Shown one piece after another: positions 25,501-34,013 of a stretch of 64,000 nt of DNA (its first letter is position 1; each line of letters begins with the position of its first letter). The notes beneath the pieces were generated by a model. It saw only the letters and a program-made list of their open reading frames with translations. It was not told where the DNA came from and ran no database searches. Location of the stretch: assembly GCA_963768655.1 (NCBI GenBank), contig CAVYIM010000005.1:478046-542045 (forward strand), given 5' to 3'. The stretch is from an uncultured Chloroflexia bacterium. Its GTDB lineage: Bacteria > Chloroflexota > Limnocylindria > Limnocylindrales > CSP1-4. The position numbers were made by a program, and so were the translations under genes.

Positions 25501-25662
25501 CTGGCTTCCGGCCACGCCGAAACTCTGGTCGCCTCAGAGCAGACAGGCCGCGGCGGCGTGGCATTCGTCCAGAAGCCGTTCACGCCCGAGCAGCTCGCCC
25601 GCAAGGTGCGTGAGGTCCTCGATGCGACCGCGCCGCCGGAGTCGCCGCCGGCCGAAGGCTAA
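19567..25662 (+). CDS. Hybrid Ser/Thr kinase - AAA ATPase - GAF - PAS - histidine kinase - receiver protein (~2030 aa)
   Basis: HKDL..IDLG..SPEQTGRMNR..DFYSLG; LYGRDREV..GRSGIGKT..LDDLQWAD; GAF (YLENNL); PAS; AHDFNNLL, FEPFFTTK, GTGLGL; receiver VVEDE..SDVVMP..KPF. Confidence 0.92.
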   Translation: MSDAERRPPRQPAVERGRPGQDGAAGSAGGRIGGAGAAGRPGGSSDATAEPGLASDATPGPGCTLDGLLARTDRIDVYRARLEPARGSATPILAKFLRAASPAAEEIARFDAEREMIRSLKVDGVARLASATKTLSGRPAIALEAVPGEQLRTFVDGRPLPLGRFLSIAIEMTAIVGRLHAAGVTHKDLTPDRFLWDERDSRLTLIDLGRATRLSRERLAPSGRAVIDGRPAYVSPEQTGRMNRPLDHRTDFYSLGICFFEMLTGHVPFELDDPLEIVHGHIARRPARVETLNPDVPAAVGDIVARLLEKSAHDRYQSAAGLRADLDRCRTQLVETHRVEPFQLGQDDVSTVLRIPDQLYGRDREVETLLAAFEHIRAGGTDFILVAGRSGIGKTALVGEIHRPVATRRGHFVEGRFDPLGRNIPYSGWIGAFTNLAHSLLMESQAELDAWRARLAGALATNGRVVTAVIPDLRLVVGPQPDVPNLGPSEMQNRFQRVFGEIVRALATPERPLVVFLDDLQWADQASLALLELLLADRELAHVLIVGAYRDNELAPDHLLTESLARIEKSGRPVTTIKVGSLRVGDVAHLLADTLHCPIERTGELARLVHAKTDGNPWFIAGLLEAMFDSGLLEYSGGWQWDLERVRLAPIGDDIADLMVGRIAGLPPATMAVLKMAACTGVEFDLDVVALARGRSVAETIADLQPAFQAGIVEGSDRTGRFIHDRVSEATYNLISAEEREDLHHAIGRTLLTAAGGAWPEDLVFRIAEQFNASGSRLTTAERPIAFQANLQAGRRARASAAFEAASRFCARAAELLPENAWELDYATTLALYTDWAEAAYAAMDYGRAEELFALVLDRAATLTDRIRIHVAQIEYSLASMRFEEALEVVVTVIGELGIPFVPPAEIDEAATAEQLAQFMANLGDRNPAELDRLPAAASPYKEAIEVLASADPLLWLAYPGAAFYGVLQGANLSMEHGVCGATAGTLASLGSILCARGQVELGTAICEAGLRLLARFDEPYRRAMVLLTYHNFVACWKSPRRQSVEPLLAEYYEAARIGDNLGAANLIRDHLTMRLQSGEELPSVAAAFDQFAGPFLRLNQPSAAVTFSILRQATQVLCGNAPDPLALEGEFWSEARDLPELWRLRFSVAIATVGFAKLLIASVMGDFGAALEWVTRPGVEECRRSATGLYMEFVSAGCTALAYLRGGGTADERREEHLASAEAIAARLRTAAEEYPPNFLPLYALVAAEIARVKDEPWTAIRHYNQAIAAARGQEFPHLEGLANELAGLFWLDQGRDAYARPHLAAALSAYRRWGARPKVAQMLAQHPWLAAEARDAGESGPLDLRTVVKASQAISGEIELDRLLARLLQITIENAGAGRGVLLLRRGKSLIVAAEASSEERAAILTSAPLESRTDVAHSIVNYVVRSGHSVLLDDAANEGDFVADPSIAARKPRSVLCLPIALGGALLGVVYLENNLAAGAFGPDRLEVLEILCAQAAISLENARLYAERDRAAEALRQSEEKFRTLVENTADVVFAMDTEGCFTYISPAIEALSGYMPAEVVGRSFREFTLPEELARVASSFAAALGGTIAPIEFRGLARDGRVVHIRVSGRPQFEDGKPVGFTGIFTDISERRELQEQLLQAMKMESIGRLAGGVAHDFNNLLTAILGNAELAMLELPPDAEAREAIAEIAKAGQRASSLTRQLLAFASKQIVAPVRLSLSTVVSDSERMLSRLLGEDIEITTVLDPHLAAVEADPGQMEQLLVNLTINARDAMPNGGHLVIETRNALVEAGGPGGSSEVAPGPWVVLTVTDTGEGMSAETMSHIFEPFFTTKEAGKGTGLGLATCHGIVKQNRGHIFVFSEPGLGSTFRIMLPTASREVAAAGHEQTPPTSIDGTETILVVEDEEQVRRLAVLGLRAHGYTVIEAAGGAQALKIVGRADTRLDLVVSDVVMPGMGGLELERRLARIRPALPLILASGHAETLVASEQTGRGGVAFVQKPFTPEQLARKVREVLDATAPPESPPAEG

Positions 25663-25680
25663 TCGTTCGCCCGGCCACGA

Positions 25681-26586
25681 TCAGGTCTGTGTCGGAAACC
25701 CCGCCAGACGAGCGGCCGGCCCGTCCGGTTGCATCACGCTCTTGAGGCTCGCCCACGGAATCAGGACGGAGGGCATCCCAACCGCGGAGGTGCCCACCTG
25801 GAACTCGGCGAACGTGACCTTGAGGCCGGAGGGTGTGAGGGCCCAGTTGTCGAAGTTGTCCGCCGCCGCGGCCGCACCGGCGTCGACGACCGTGGCGTTG
25901 TAGTCCTTGCCCAGCGACTTGCGTAGCTGCGCCTTGGACTGCTCGGAGATGATCGCCGCGGCCGCCTGCGTGTCCACGAAGATCTGGTCGAAGCCAAGGC
26001 GCTGGCCGCTGTCGAGCGCGTAGTTCAGTGTTTCGATGGTGGTGTCAGGGTGCCCCGGCGTCGTGTCGTCGACCCATTTCAGCGTGAAGCTCACCAGGTC
26101 CGGCGAGATCATGTTGACGGTGAACAAGCCGGTCAGGGTGTTGGTCTTGCCCGGAAGCTGCTGTACCGCGGCGGGACCAGCCTCGAAAGTCTGGATCTGC
26201 GTGGTGACTTCATCGTAAATGTCCTCATTCATGACGCCCGCCAGGGGTGTGCTCCCGACCTGGAACTGCGGATAGCGCCAGACAACGAACCAGAGCCGGC
26301 CGGGATCGTGATCGCCGCTATAGATGGTGAGGATGACCGGCGTCGTCGTGGGGATCGGCACGGTCATCAACGGCGAAGCTGTTTCGGTCGGCGAAGCCAG
26401 CGCCGTTGGCGCTTCGGGGGCGATCGTGGGCACGGCCGTAGGGCTCGCGGAGGGTGAGGGCGTCGCGTCGGGCGTCGTGTTCGCGAGGATCGTCATGGCG
26501 GTCGTCACGCCCACGAGACCGACGAGCGCGAGTCCCGCGATCGGAAACAGGGCCTTGATTCCTCTCACGAGGGGGTTCGACTCCAT
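25681..26586 (-). CDS. Membrane-anchored RsiV/PdaC-like (DUF3298/DUF4163) protein
   Basis: N-terminal TM helix, Pro/Thr linker, YPQ, GHP..TLNYAL.SGQRL, FDNWALTPSGLKVTF..FQVG...G.P.V.IPW pattern. Confidence 0.7.
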   Translation of the reverse strand: MESNPLVRGIKALFPIAGLALVGLVGVTTAMTILANTTPDATPSPSASPTAVPTIAPEAPTALASPTETASPLMTVPIPTTTPVILTIYSGDHDPGRLWFVVWRYPQFQVGSTPLAGVMNEDIYDEVTTQIQTFEAGPAAVQQLPGKTNTLTGLFTVNMISPDLVSFTLKWVDDTTPGHPDTTIETLNYALDSGQRLGFDQIFVDTQAAAAIISEQSKAQLRKSLGKDYNATVVDAGAAAAADNFDNWALTPSGLKVTFAEFQVGTSAVGMPSVLIPWASLKSVMQPDGPAARLAGFPTQT

Positions 26587-26705
26587 GGCACGAGTATGGA
26601 CCGACAGGCGCTTTCTCCGCTTGTAGGAGGCTCGGGAGACCCGCGACGGCCGTCAGGGGGCGACTGGTGGCTCAACGCACGTGACATGGGAGCCCTCACT
26701 TGAGC

Positions 26706-26743
26706 TGAGATTGCCACAAATCTCTCGATCAGCGGTATTCAAG
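26706..26743 (-). repeat. Degenerate third copy of the tRNA-Ser 3' att core (old attR)
   Basis: tgagattgccacaaatctctcgatcagcggtattcaag versus tgagattcgaactcacgggactctcgtccagcggttttcaag (28643-28684); flanking similarity continues to ~26850. Confidence 0.7.
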
Positions 26744-27183
26744 TCCAGGCGACAGCGTTTGCGGATCAAGTGCCCAAGCACGGATCACCCATCCGCCCAG
26801 GCTTTGCGACCGGCTCGGTTCGCCCCTGCGGCTGCCGGCCGCTGCTGCCGAAGGGCCCGACCTCGGCCCAAGGCGCTGCCACGCTCGGCTGGGCTCGATC
26901 GCCTGAGCGCTTCTTGGGCTCGAGGGAGCAGCCACATCGCTCACGTAGTACGGGGACAGTGGCCACGAGTTCGGGACAGGTGACGGGCAGCAACCACTAT
27001 CCCCCCCACACGAACCCGCTTCGACCGCTGGTTTCAGGCCGAAGCCGACTGCCTCGCCTAACTAGCGAAGCCGCACGGTTCTGCCAGGAATCTGCCCGCG
27101 CCCGGCGCGACGCGTAGATGAAACCGCCGGAAGGGGAGAGCTGAGCCTTCGATCGCGGGTCTGGGGACAGGCTGCTCCGGCGC

Positions 27184-27375
27184 TTACTTGACCTCGCGCT
27201 CCAGCAGGACCGGCAGCGTCTTGGTCGCGAACGAGGCGTGCGCCATGAGATCCACGGCCACGACGCGCCAGCCGTCCTTGGCGAACACGTTGAGGTGCTC
27301 CACCAGCTGGTCGAGGCGGGCCTCGGGCTCGTCCTTCCAGTGCACCTGCTCGACCTTGTACTCTACGCGAGCCAC
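27184..27375 (-). CDS. Small DUF4177-like protein (63 aa)
   Basis: EYKV...LNVFAKDGWRVVAV...LLERE pattern; AAGGAAGGAG SD before GTG 27375. Confidence 0.65.
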   Translation of the reverse strand: MARVEYKVEQVHWKDEPEARLDQLVEHLNVFAKDGWRVVAVDLMAHASFATKTLPVLLEREVK

Positions 27376-27725
27376 GGCATGCTCCTTCCTTGCTTCGGGG
27401 CTGGCGTCCGCGAGCCCCACCGAACTCGACTCTGCGCAAAGCGTAGGAGCGGTGTGCGCCACGAAAGATCGAATCTTTGTCAAATTGCGGGGGAGCTTCC
27501 GTGCGATCCACCGCGCTAACACCTGGGCGAATGGGTCGCCGCCGAGGGCGCCATCCGGAACCTGCCGCAGGACAAGATCCGCACACCCGACCAGGCCGAC
27601 TGGCACCGCGTCTACGTGGGGTCGACTGAGGCTACCAGCACGCCTTCGCCTGCGACGGTCCGCTCTCGGTCAATCCGTTCCGCCGGTCTCGACGGCGGCC
27701 TCGCTCAATCCCCTCCTGACATCGG

Positions 27726-28168
27726 AGTGACGCCCGCGTCTGGCTCCATCTGGTACGCCACCGGAGCGCGTTGAAGTGCCGCATCCATGCCACGCTCATG
27801 ACCTTCGGCCACCAACTCCCGGTCACTGACCTGTTCGGGACATCCGGCCGCGAGCGACTCGCGGGCCTGGCGCTGCCCAAGCCTTGGGCCAGGACCATGG
27901 CCGCGAGCCTGGCCATGGTCGACGAGCTCGACGAGCGGATCGACGAGTGCGGGCGAGAGCTCATACGCCTCGGCGTCGGCCACCCCTACATCCCGCTGCT
28001 TCTGACCGTACCCGGCGTCGGCCCGCTTCTCGCCTACAGCATCGCGTCCGAGATCGGCGACATTGCCCGCTTCGCCAGTCCGAAGAAGCTCACCGGATAC
28101 ACCGGCCCGTGCGGCCGCCAGCGTGGCGCCAAGGTCGCCCACGCCGACATTGCCCGCCAGCTCGCCGC
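27726..28168 (+). pseudogene. IS110-family transposase fragment with internal deletion
   Basis: LHLVRHRSALKCRIHATL, LLLTVPGVGPLLAYSIASEIGDIARFASPKKLTGYTG joined directly to RQRGAKVAHADIARQLA; no N-terminal DEDD domain. Confidence 0.8.
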
Positions 28169-28480
28169 GACTGACTCCCTGCGGGTTCTCGACGACGATC
28201 TCGTACCTGGCGGAGTGATAGCGGAAGGCGATCTCGTAGCCCGGCCAGGCCCGCGGGATGCATGGGTCAAGAAGGAGCGTCGTTCCGCGCAGACGGAATC
28301 CGAGGATCCACTCGACGCCGGCCTGGTACATCCAGCCCGCCGACCCGGTGTACCAGGTCCAACCGCCGCGGCCGACATGCGGCGGTTCGGTGTAGACGTC
28401 GGCCGCCATCACGTACGGCTCCACCTTGTATCGCTGAACCCCCGCCCGCGTGCTGGCGTGGTTGATGGGGTTGAGGATTG
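28165..28480 (-). pseudogene. C-terminal fragment of a GH94 / cyclic beta-1,2-glucan synthetase (NdvB/ChvB-like) protein
   Basis: LNPINH..RYKVEPYVMAADVY..PHVGRGGWTWYTGSAGWMY..PCIP..W..RYEIVVENP.GVSRG. Confidence 0.85.
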
Positions 28481-28548
28481 ACGGCGGGGCTTCTGCCACG
28501 GCAGCGTTCCTCCTTCATAGGAGCGCGTACCTGTTCTGGATCTTGTGC

Positions 28549-28801
28549 TGTTGCTTACCGGCGTTGCTACCGGCAGTTCGCAGGCTGAGCCGCCGACAAC
28601 CTCAAATGGCCCAATTCACGCTCAGGTGAGTGGCGGAGAGGGTGAGATTCGAACTCACGGGACTCTCGTCCAGCGGTTTTCAAGTCTGGGTCGAAGCGTT
28701 CGCGGGGGTTCGTCGATGGCCAATTCACGAGGGAATCGGCCAATTCCCGGGCCTCGAATCCGCCGACGTTCGCCCCTGTTGCTACCGGCTGTTGCTACCG
28801 G
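28549..28801 (+). repeat. Paired TGTTGCTACCGG direct repeats on both sides of the att core (putative integrase arm sites)
   Basis: Near-exact copies at 28549-28561 and 28562-28573; exact copies at 28777-28788 and 28790-28801, also 41258-41269 and 41270-41281; degenerate pair ~26827-26850. Confidence 0.8.
28630..28684 (-). repeat. att direct repeat: 55-bp exact duplicate of the tRNA-Ser 3' part
   Basis: gtggcggagagggtgagattcgaactcacgggactctcgtccagcggttttcaag is identical to 41337-41391. Confidence 0.95.
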
Positions 28802-28846
28802 TAGGCTGCCCGTCGTGACCTGCAGTAGTTGTGCCAACTTGATCGA

Positions 28847-30050
28847 CTAGACTCCCGGTTTGGGCCCGCCGGCCGTCGCCAGCGCTTGATCTACCTCAGC
28901 TTCGGTCATCTCCCGGTCGTTCTCAGGACTCTCCTGCGAGGGAGGGGGGAACAGCGGAACGATAACTGCCCTCGCAAGAGACTGATCGATCCCTGACAGG
29001 AACCGCCCCACCGAGTACGTCTCCGCGAGGATATTCCATAGCTGGTTGCGCAAGACGAAAAGCGTTCGCATCGTGATGGCGCTCACAGTCACTCCACCGA
29101 TCGCCCCACTCCTAGAGGCAGCACCTAGACGCGCCATTTCCCGACCAGGCCACTCGTCGTCAGTCCGGCCCCGCATCGTGAGATCGAATTGAGCGATCCG
29201 CTCGCCGAGGTCTAGGAGTTGTGCCTGCAGCGGGCCAACGCGGAATGTCGAGGACGTAGCGTCGAACTCCAGGAACTCGCCGCTAGCCACGGAATCGTCG
29301 AGAGCCTTTCTCCGTAGCCCGCGAGCGCCTGCCGGCGCCAACATCCAGAACCACGTCAGCCGGCGAGCCTGGTCATTCGTAAGGTCGACCTCGGAATCGC
29401 GCCCAGCGTCATCTTCGCGGAGTTCCGGAATCGATTCCTTCGAGAACACGCTAGGTATCGGCAAAGCCGGGTGGCCAGCTCGGGCATAGTGGCAAGCTTT
29501 GATGTTCGCCCTGAGCTCCCAGAGGAGATTGGCCTCCAACGCGCGGCGGCGCAGTGGACGGGACAGGCGGAGGACCGCTCCGAGAGTGTCGGCGACGTCG
29601 CGGAAGGAATCGAACTTGTGGATCCAGTTGGAAACTCCCGGCCGTTCGGCCGCGACCTCGGTGAGGAAGGCTCGAAATCAGCGGCCAGTCTTCGATATCC
29701 GGCACCGACTCCACGTTGTGCCGCCAAGAGTTGAAGACCGAGCCCCTAGCGAAGGGGATGAGCTGGAGCCTGCCCTCGGATGCCAACTGTCGCGCCCGAC
29801 GGTATTCGGCTCGCGTCACCGAGATCCCATCATCGAACTGGGACCCGTAGCGGTCTCCGACGATGAGGACGAAGTAGTCGGAGGCCTCGATTGCTTGGAC
29901 CGCGGCAAGCCGGGCGGTCTCATCGAGTGAATGCGGAAACGTCGGGAATTCGCTCAAAATGACTTCGAAGCCGGACTCCTCAAGGAAGTACTTGATGGTC
30001 GAGCGCAGGTCGGCCAAATCAACGATTGTCGAGCTCACGAATACCCGAGG
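28847..30050 (-). pseudogene. DUF4062-domain protein, frameshifted near 29670
   Basis: RVFVSSTIVDLADLR...EASDYFVLIVGDRYGS...SVTRAEYRRA; continues in another frame FLTEVAAERPGVSNWIHKF...LEANLLWEL into ORF 28847-29539; no clean start codon. Confidence 0.7.
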
Positions 30051-30095
30051 AGTCCCGGCGAGCTGCGGAGAGCCTCCGACCCTTCGATTCCACTG

Positions 30096-30749
30096 CTACC
30101 CTGTCACTTGGTCTGTCGTGATCCGGAGAGGAGCAGCGCCTTCTACGTTCGGCGCGATCTCGACAAGGCGGAGACGGACGAAGACTCCGTCTTTCGGTTC
30201 TGGCCGCCATTCGTACCGCTGCAGCACGCCCTGTCCGAGCACTCCCATGGTCTGGATGTCATAGATGATTTGCTCAGGCCAGAGTGGTGGCCTGCCCGGC
30301 TTCGCCTCCGCCGACTGGACGAAATCGTTGATGACGCCGCGGAAAGTCCCCTTTTCACCGGGCATCAAAGCGTTGGCAAGCTCCAGTGTCATCTCGGCGG
30401 AGCCTATCGGCGCTTCCCAATGCGGACCCACGACGGGGCTCTTTGGAGCGCGAAGAACGAGTCTTGGCCTGAGGACAGCCGCCGAGTCGCTTGGGTTGGC
30501 CACCTCGAGCTCGATCGTGTGCGGCCCGTTCGAGTAAGCCGGCGGGCTCGCCTGAACGATCACCGCGGCAATGATCTGCGCGTCTCGCGCTCGGTTGCGC
30601 TCAGTGGCCTCCGCCAGGTCTGCCTGGCGTTTGAGCACGCCGACCATGTTGTGGTTCTGCCAAGCGTAGTAGGCCGTGACACCGACCAAGACCAAGGTCC
30701 CCGCGGCGAGGATCACGGTCGCGGCCGCAAGAACCGTGTTTGAGTCCAT
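30096..30749 (-). CDS. Hypothetical protein with N-terminal transmembrane helix
   Basis: 217-aa ORF; hydrophobic VLAAATVILAAGTLVLVGVTAYYAW; GAAGG SD. Confidence 0.65.
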   Translation of the reverse strand: MDSNTVLAAATVILAAGTLVLVGVTAYYAWQNHNMVGVLKRQADLAEATERNRARDAQIIAAVIVQASPPAYSNGPHTIELEVANPSDSAAVLRPRLVLRAPKSPVVGPHWEAPIGSAEMTLELANALMPGEKGTFRGVINDFVQSAEAKPGRPPLWPEQIIYDIQTMGVLGQGVLQRYEWRPEPKDGVFVRLRLVEIAPNVEGAAPLRITTDQVTG

Positions 30750-31613
30750 TGCCTTCGCCCTCTATGGTCGATGGGTCATCGACCACTCTTGACGTGTTCA
30801 CCCACAGCAGGAGGATCGATGCAGAGCCCGACGATCTCGCAAACTTGGGCACCCCATCGGGCTGCGAGTTGCGGTCCTTCTACTCGATGGGGGCCGGCCA
30901 CTGGACGATGGCATCTTGCCATAGCCGCGCCTGTCCCTCGATGCCTAGAGAGCAGATCCGGCTCGCCGTGCCGAGCAGGTGCGCTATCAAAGGGCCAGCC
31001 ATCGCCCTGAGGTGGATCCCACGGAAGGCACCCTCCACGACGAGGTGCTGCCCATCGGGCCGCTGCTCGATCCGATGACTTGACAGCGCCGAGCCTCCGA
31101 GGTGGGCCCAATCGCTGGATATGCGGAAGATGACCTGGTAGGCCTCCCACATGGCACTATCGCCGGTCGCCAGGGCCATCGCTTCGCTTGATGGGAGCAG
31201 CGGGCCGCGTTCACCGATCTTCTCGCCGGCATCCCGGGCTCGATTGCGTACGTCAGCCACGTTGGCCTCCATCTCGGCCATACGCTCGGTTGAATAGACC
31301 GGACCGCTGCTACTGCCTCGGCGAGTTCTGAACTCTCGAAATGGCGCAGCGCGGGCGATCCGATTCCGATCGTCTTCTGCGAAATGCATCTCGACGCGAA
31401 GGGGTGGGTCATCTTCGATCCAGCGCAGCAGGATCGCCGCGTCGGCGACTGTTCGGAGCAGGATCGGTGCCGTGATGCCGAGGGGATCGGCCACAGCCTC
31501 ACGCCGGAGCCCGCGGTACACCTCGAACGCCTGACGAGCGAGGCCAAGAACGACCACGCACGGCTTGCCTCGTTCCTCCACTGGGACATCGAGATAGCCC
31601 GCGAGTTTGTCTA

Positions 31614-32750
31614 GTGTCCCGGGCTGCAGCAGGCTAGGCAGTTCTGCCGTTCGCAGCTACAATTCGGTGCATGCCGAACCACGCAGCGCCCCCATTGACC
31701 ATCAGCGAGTCTGAGCGAGCGTCGCTACGAGCCCTCTTGCGAGCAGGCACGACCGAGCAACGCCTGGTGATGCGAGCCCGGATCGTGCTCGCCGCCGCCG
31801 ACGGGACCGCGAACGAACGCATAGCTGCGCAGCTCGGGGTCCACCGCATGACGGTGCTGCTGTGGCGCGGACGGTTTCTGCGTGAACGCATGGCCGGTCT
31901 CGCAGATTTGCCCAGGCCAGGCCGCGAACTGACCTATGACCGGGCCGCCCGCGATCGGGTCATCGCCTTCACCCTGGAGCCGCCGCCTTTCGGGACTACC
32001 CACTGGAGTTCGCGGGCCATGGCAGCGCGGACCGGCATCAGCGTCACGACCATCCAGCGCATCTGGCGCGAGGCGAACCTGAAGCCGCACCGGACCGAGA
32101 CGTTCAAGTTCAGCACCGATCCCGATCTTGTGGCCAAGGTCCGTGACGTCGTGGGGCTGTATCTGAACCCTCCGGAGCGAGCGATCGTGCTCAGCGTCGA
32201 CGAGAAGACCCAGATCCAGGCTCTCGAGCGAACGGCCCCGATGCTGCCGCTCAAGCCCGGCCAGGTCGAGCGCCATACCCACGACTACAAACGCAACGGC
32301 ACCACTCAGCTGTTCGCCGCTCTCGAAGTCGCCACTGGCAAGGTGACCACTCAGACGCGGGCTCGCCACACGGCTGCCGACTTCCTGGCCTTCCTGCGCG
32401 AGATCGAGCGGGCCTATCCGCAGGGAGAACTTGCGGTCGTGCTCGACAACGTCAGCTCCCACAAGACGCCGGCCATCCGCGAGTGGCTCGAAGCTAATCC
32501 GCGAGTTAGCTTTCACTTCACCCCCACCAGCGCGTCCTGGATGAACCAGATCGAGACCTGGTTCGGCATCCTCTCCCGTCAGGCTATTCGCCGGGGCAGC
32601 TTCCGCTCCGTCAAGGAACTCATCGCGATGATCGTGGCCTTCACGGCCAGCTGGAACGAGGGCTCTACGCCCTTCGCCTGGGTCAAGACCGCCGATCAGA
32701 TCCTGGCCAAGGCGGTGCGCAAGCCCTCAGTGATCGGCGAATCGGGACAC
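31614..32750 (+). mobile_element. IS630-family insertion sequence
   Basis: Terminal inverted repeats GTGTCCCG/CGGGACAC flanked by duplicated TA (31612-13 and 32751-52). Confidence 0.92.
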
Positions 32751-32753
32751 TAG
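31671..32753 (+). CDS. IS630 transposase
   Basis: HTH, THWSSR, FKFSTDP, VDEKTQIQAL, HDYKRNGT, LDN.S.HK, HFTPTSASWMNQIETWF; the stop codon uses the target TA. Confidence 0.95.
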   Translation: MPNHAAPPLTISESERASLRALLRAGTTEQRLVMRARIVLAAADGTANERIAAQLGVHRMTVLLWRGRFLRERMAGLADLPRPGRELTYDRAARDRVIAFTLEPPPFGTTHWSSRAMAARTGISVTTIQRIWREANLKPHRTETFKFSTDPDLVAKVRDVVGLYLNPPERAIVLSVDEKTQIQALERTAPMLPLKPGQVERHTHDYKRNGTTQLFAALEVATGKVTTQTRARHTAADFLAFLREIERAYPQGELAVVLDNVSSHKTPAIREWLEANPRVSFHFTPTSASWMNQIETWFGILSRQAIRRGSFRSVKELIAMIVAFTASWNEGSTPFAWVKTADQILAKAVRKPSVIGESGH

Positions 32754-32849
32754 AACCGCCCCGCCGCTTCTATGGCCTCCAGGAACGGCGCGGGCTCTGG
32801 CATATATATCCTTCTTGGGTGATTTGGAGCTTTACGCCATGAAGGCGCC

Positions 32850-33419
32850 CTATAGCTTGCCCGCAATCCTCACGATGCGATGCGGCTCAACCAGCTTGGC
32901 GATCTCGGCGGTGAACCTGTCGCCCAGCGACGGCCAATTCCAGAACGTGAGGCTCAGCGAGCCCGCAGCGAGCCAGGGTTCGAGTCTCCATTCACGAACC
33001 GGATAGTCAGCACCGCAAACCTCGCACGTAAACCCCGCGTCGTCCGACCCGTCGTACCAGAGCCCGATCACGTCCCCCCAGTCGTCCGGAAGTTGCCGAG
33101 TGTGACCACGCGGGCATTTCCCGACCTCGTCCCAGCCAACCGACACGGAAACGTTTCGTACGGCCGACAGGTCTAGGCCGTTGGTCCGAAGTTGTCGCAG
33201 ATCGCTCCGCTTATCCTCGGGGATCTCATCTTCAGGGTCCACCCACTCCGCGTACCGTTCGCCCGGTCCGTACCCTCCGCCCGACCCAGGAACGCAGTCG
33301 GAGAGCGCACGTTCGACGATGCCCTGGGCCCACAGCCAATCGAGCGCTCGAGCCGCAAGGCTCTTCGCCTCCGCGTCGGAGGCGTCGACGTCCACGATGG
33401 CTTGAAACCCGTCGCCCAT
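32850..33419 (-). CDS. Hypothetical protein with possible Zn-ribbon (CPRGH / CEVC)
   Basis: ORF with GAGGGG SD before ATG 33419; C-terminal TFWNWP. Confidence 0.65.
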   Translation of the reverse strand: MGDGFQAIVDVDASDAEAKSLAARALDWLWAQGIVERALSDCVPGSGGGYGPGERYAEWVDPEDEIPEDKRSDLRQLRTNGLDLSAVRNVSVSVGWDEVGKCPRGHTRQLPDDWGDVIGLWYDGSDDAGFTCEVCGADYPVREWRLEPWLAAGSLSLTFWNWPSLGDRFTAEIAKLVEPHRIVRIAGKL

Positions 33420-33497
33420 GATCGTCCCCTCTTGTCTCGGTGTCTCGGCCGCGCACCTTCGAGATTGCCATCGTACCGGAAGCAAACCAGGGCTCGT

Positions 33498-33773
33498 TCA
33501 GCGGCGCGGTTGTTCGTCGGCGGCGAGTTCAGCGATTGCCGAAGCTGGAACCAGCCGGCGGCGGCCAACCTTGATCGACCGCAAGCGCCCGGCGCCGATC
33601 GCAGCGTAGATGGTCGTCCTGCCCACTCCCGTCAGCTCGGCTGCCTGTTCGATCGAGAGCAACTGCTCCGCGACGGTCTCATGGCTGTTGGCCTCAGCTC
33701 GGACCGCGGCCAGGATCGCGTCTGCCAGGGCATCTGTCGCGGCTCGGATGGCAGCCTCGTGATCGGCGCTCAT
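33498..33773 (-). CDS. Excisionase-like HTH_17 DNA-binding protein
   Basis: LLSIEQAAELTGVGRTTIYAAIGAGRLRSIKVGRRRLVP. Confidence 0.88.
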   Translation of the reverse strand: MSADHEAAIRAATDALADAILAAVRAEANSHETVAEQLLSIEQAAELTGVGRTTIYAAIGAGRLRSIKVGRRRLVPASAIAELAADEQPRR

Positions 33774-34013
33774 CGCTCGCAGGTTTCGGGCCACTTGCCT
33801 TCGATCGGCACTTACCCGTTGATCGCCCGGAGGCCGGCCATTTGCTCGCCAATTGGTCGCGGCCCCTGCGTTTCTTACAATTCTTACAACTCCTGTAACA
33901 ACGACCCGGGGCCCAATTCGCGGCCGCCAGCACCTCCTCGACCTTACGGAGCCGCCGCCACAGAGTCAACGGATTCTGCGTACCGTTGGGCGTACCGTCG
34001 GGGAGGATTCCAC

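Larger units (their letters stand above)
26706..28629. mobile_element. Decayed older integrative element in tandem at tRNA-Ser
   Basis: Bounded by the degenerate att (26706-26743) and the att at 28630; both ends resemble the matching ends of the 28685-41336 element; mostly gene fragments. Confidence 0.6.
30880..32803 (-). pseudogene. DUF5677-like (HEPN-related) protein interrupted by IS630
   Basis: LLRTVADAAILLRWI and Y..FRISSDWAH pattern in 30880-31611; probable N-terminus MPEPAPFLEAIEAAG (ATG 32803 after AAGAAGGA) lies beyond the IS. Confidence 0.6.

Noticed and set aside
27705-28499. ORFs 27705-28499 (-) and 27771-28481 (+) as intact genes
   Set aside because: Each is a chimera of the GH94 and IS110 fragments read partly antisense.
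28630-28684. Second tRNA-Ser gene
   Set aside because: Only the 3' portion is present; the 5' acceptor strand and D-arm are missing, so it is an att duplicate.
28549-28801. Short direct repeats as a possible CRISPR array
   Set aside because: 12-bp units in adjacent pairs, no regular spacers and no cas genes; better explained as att arm sites.
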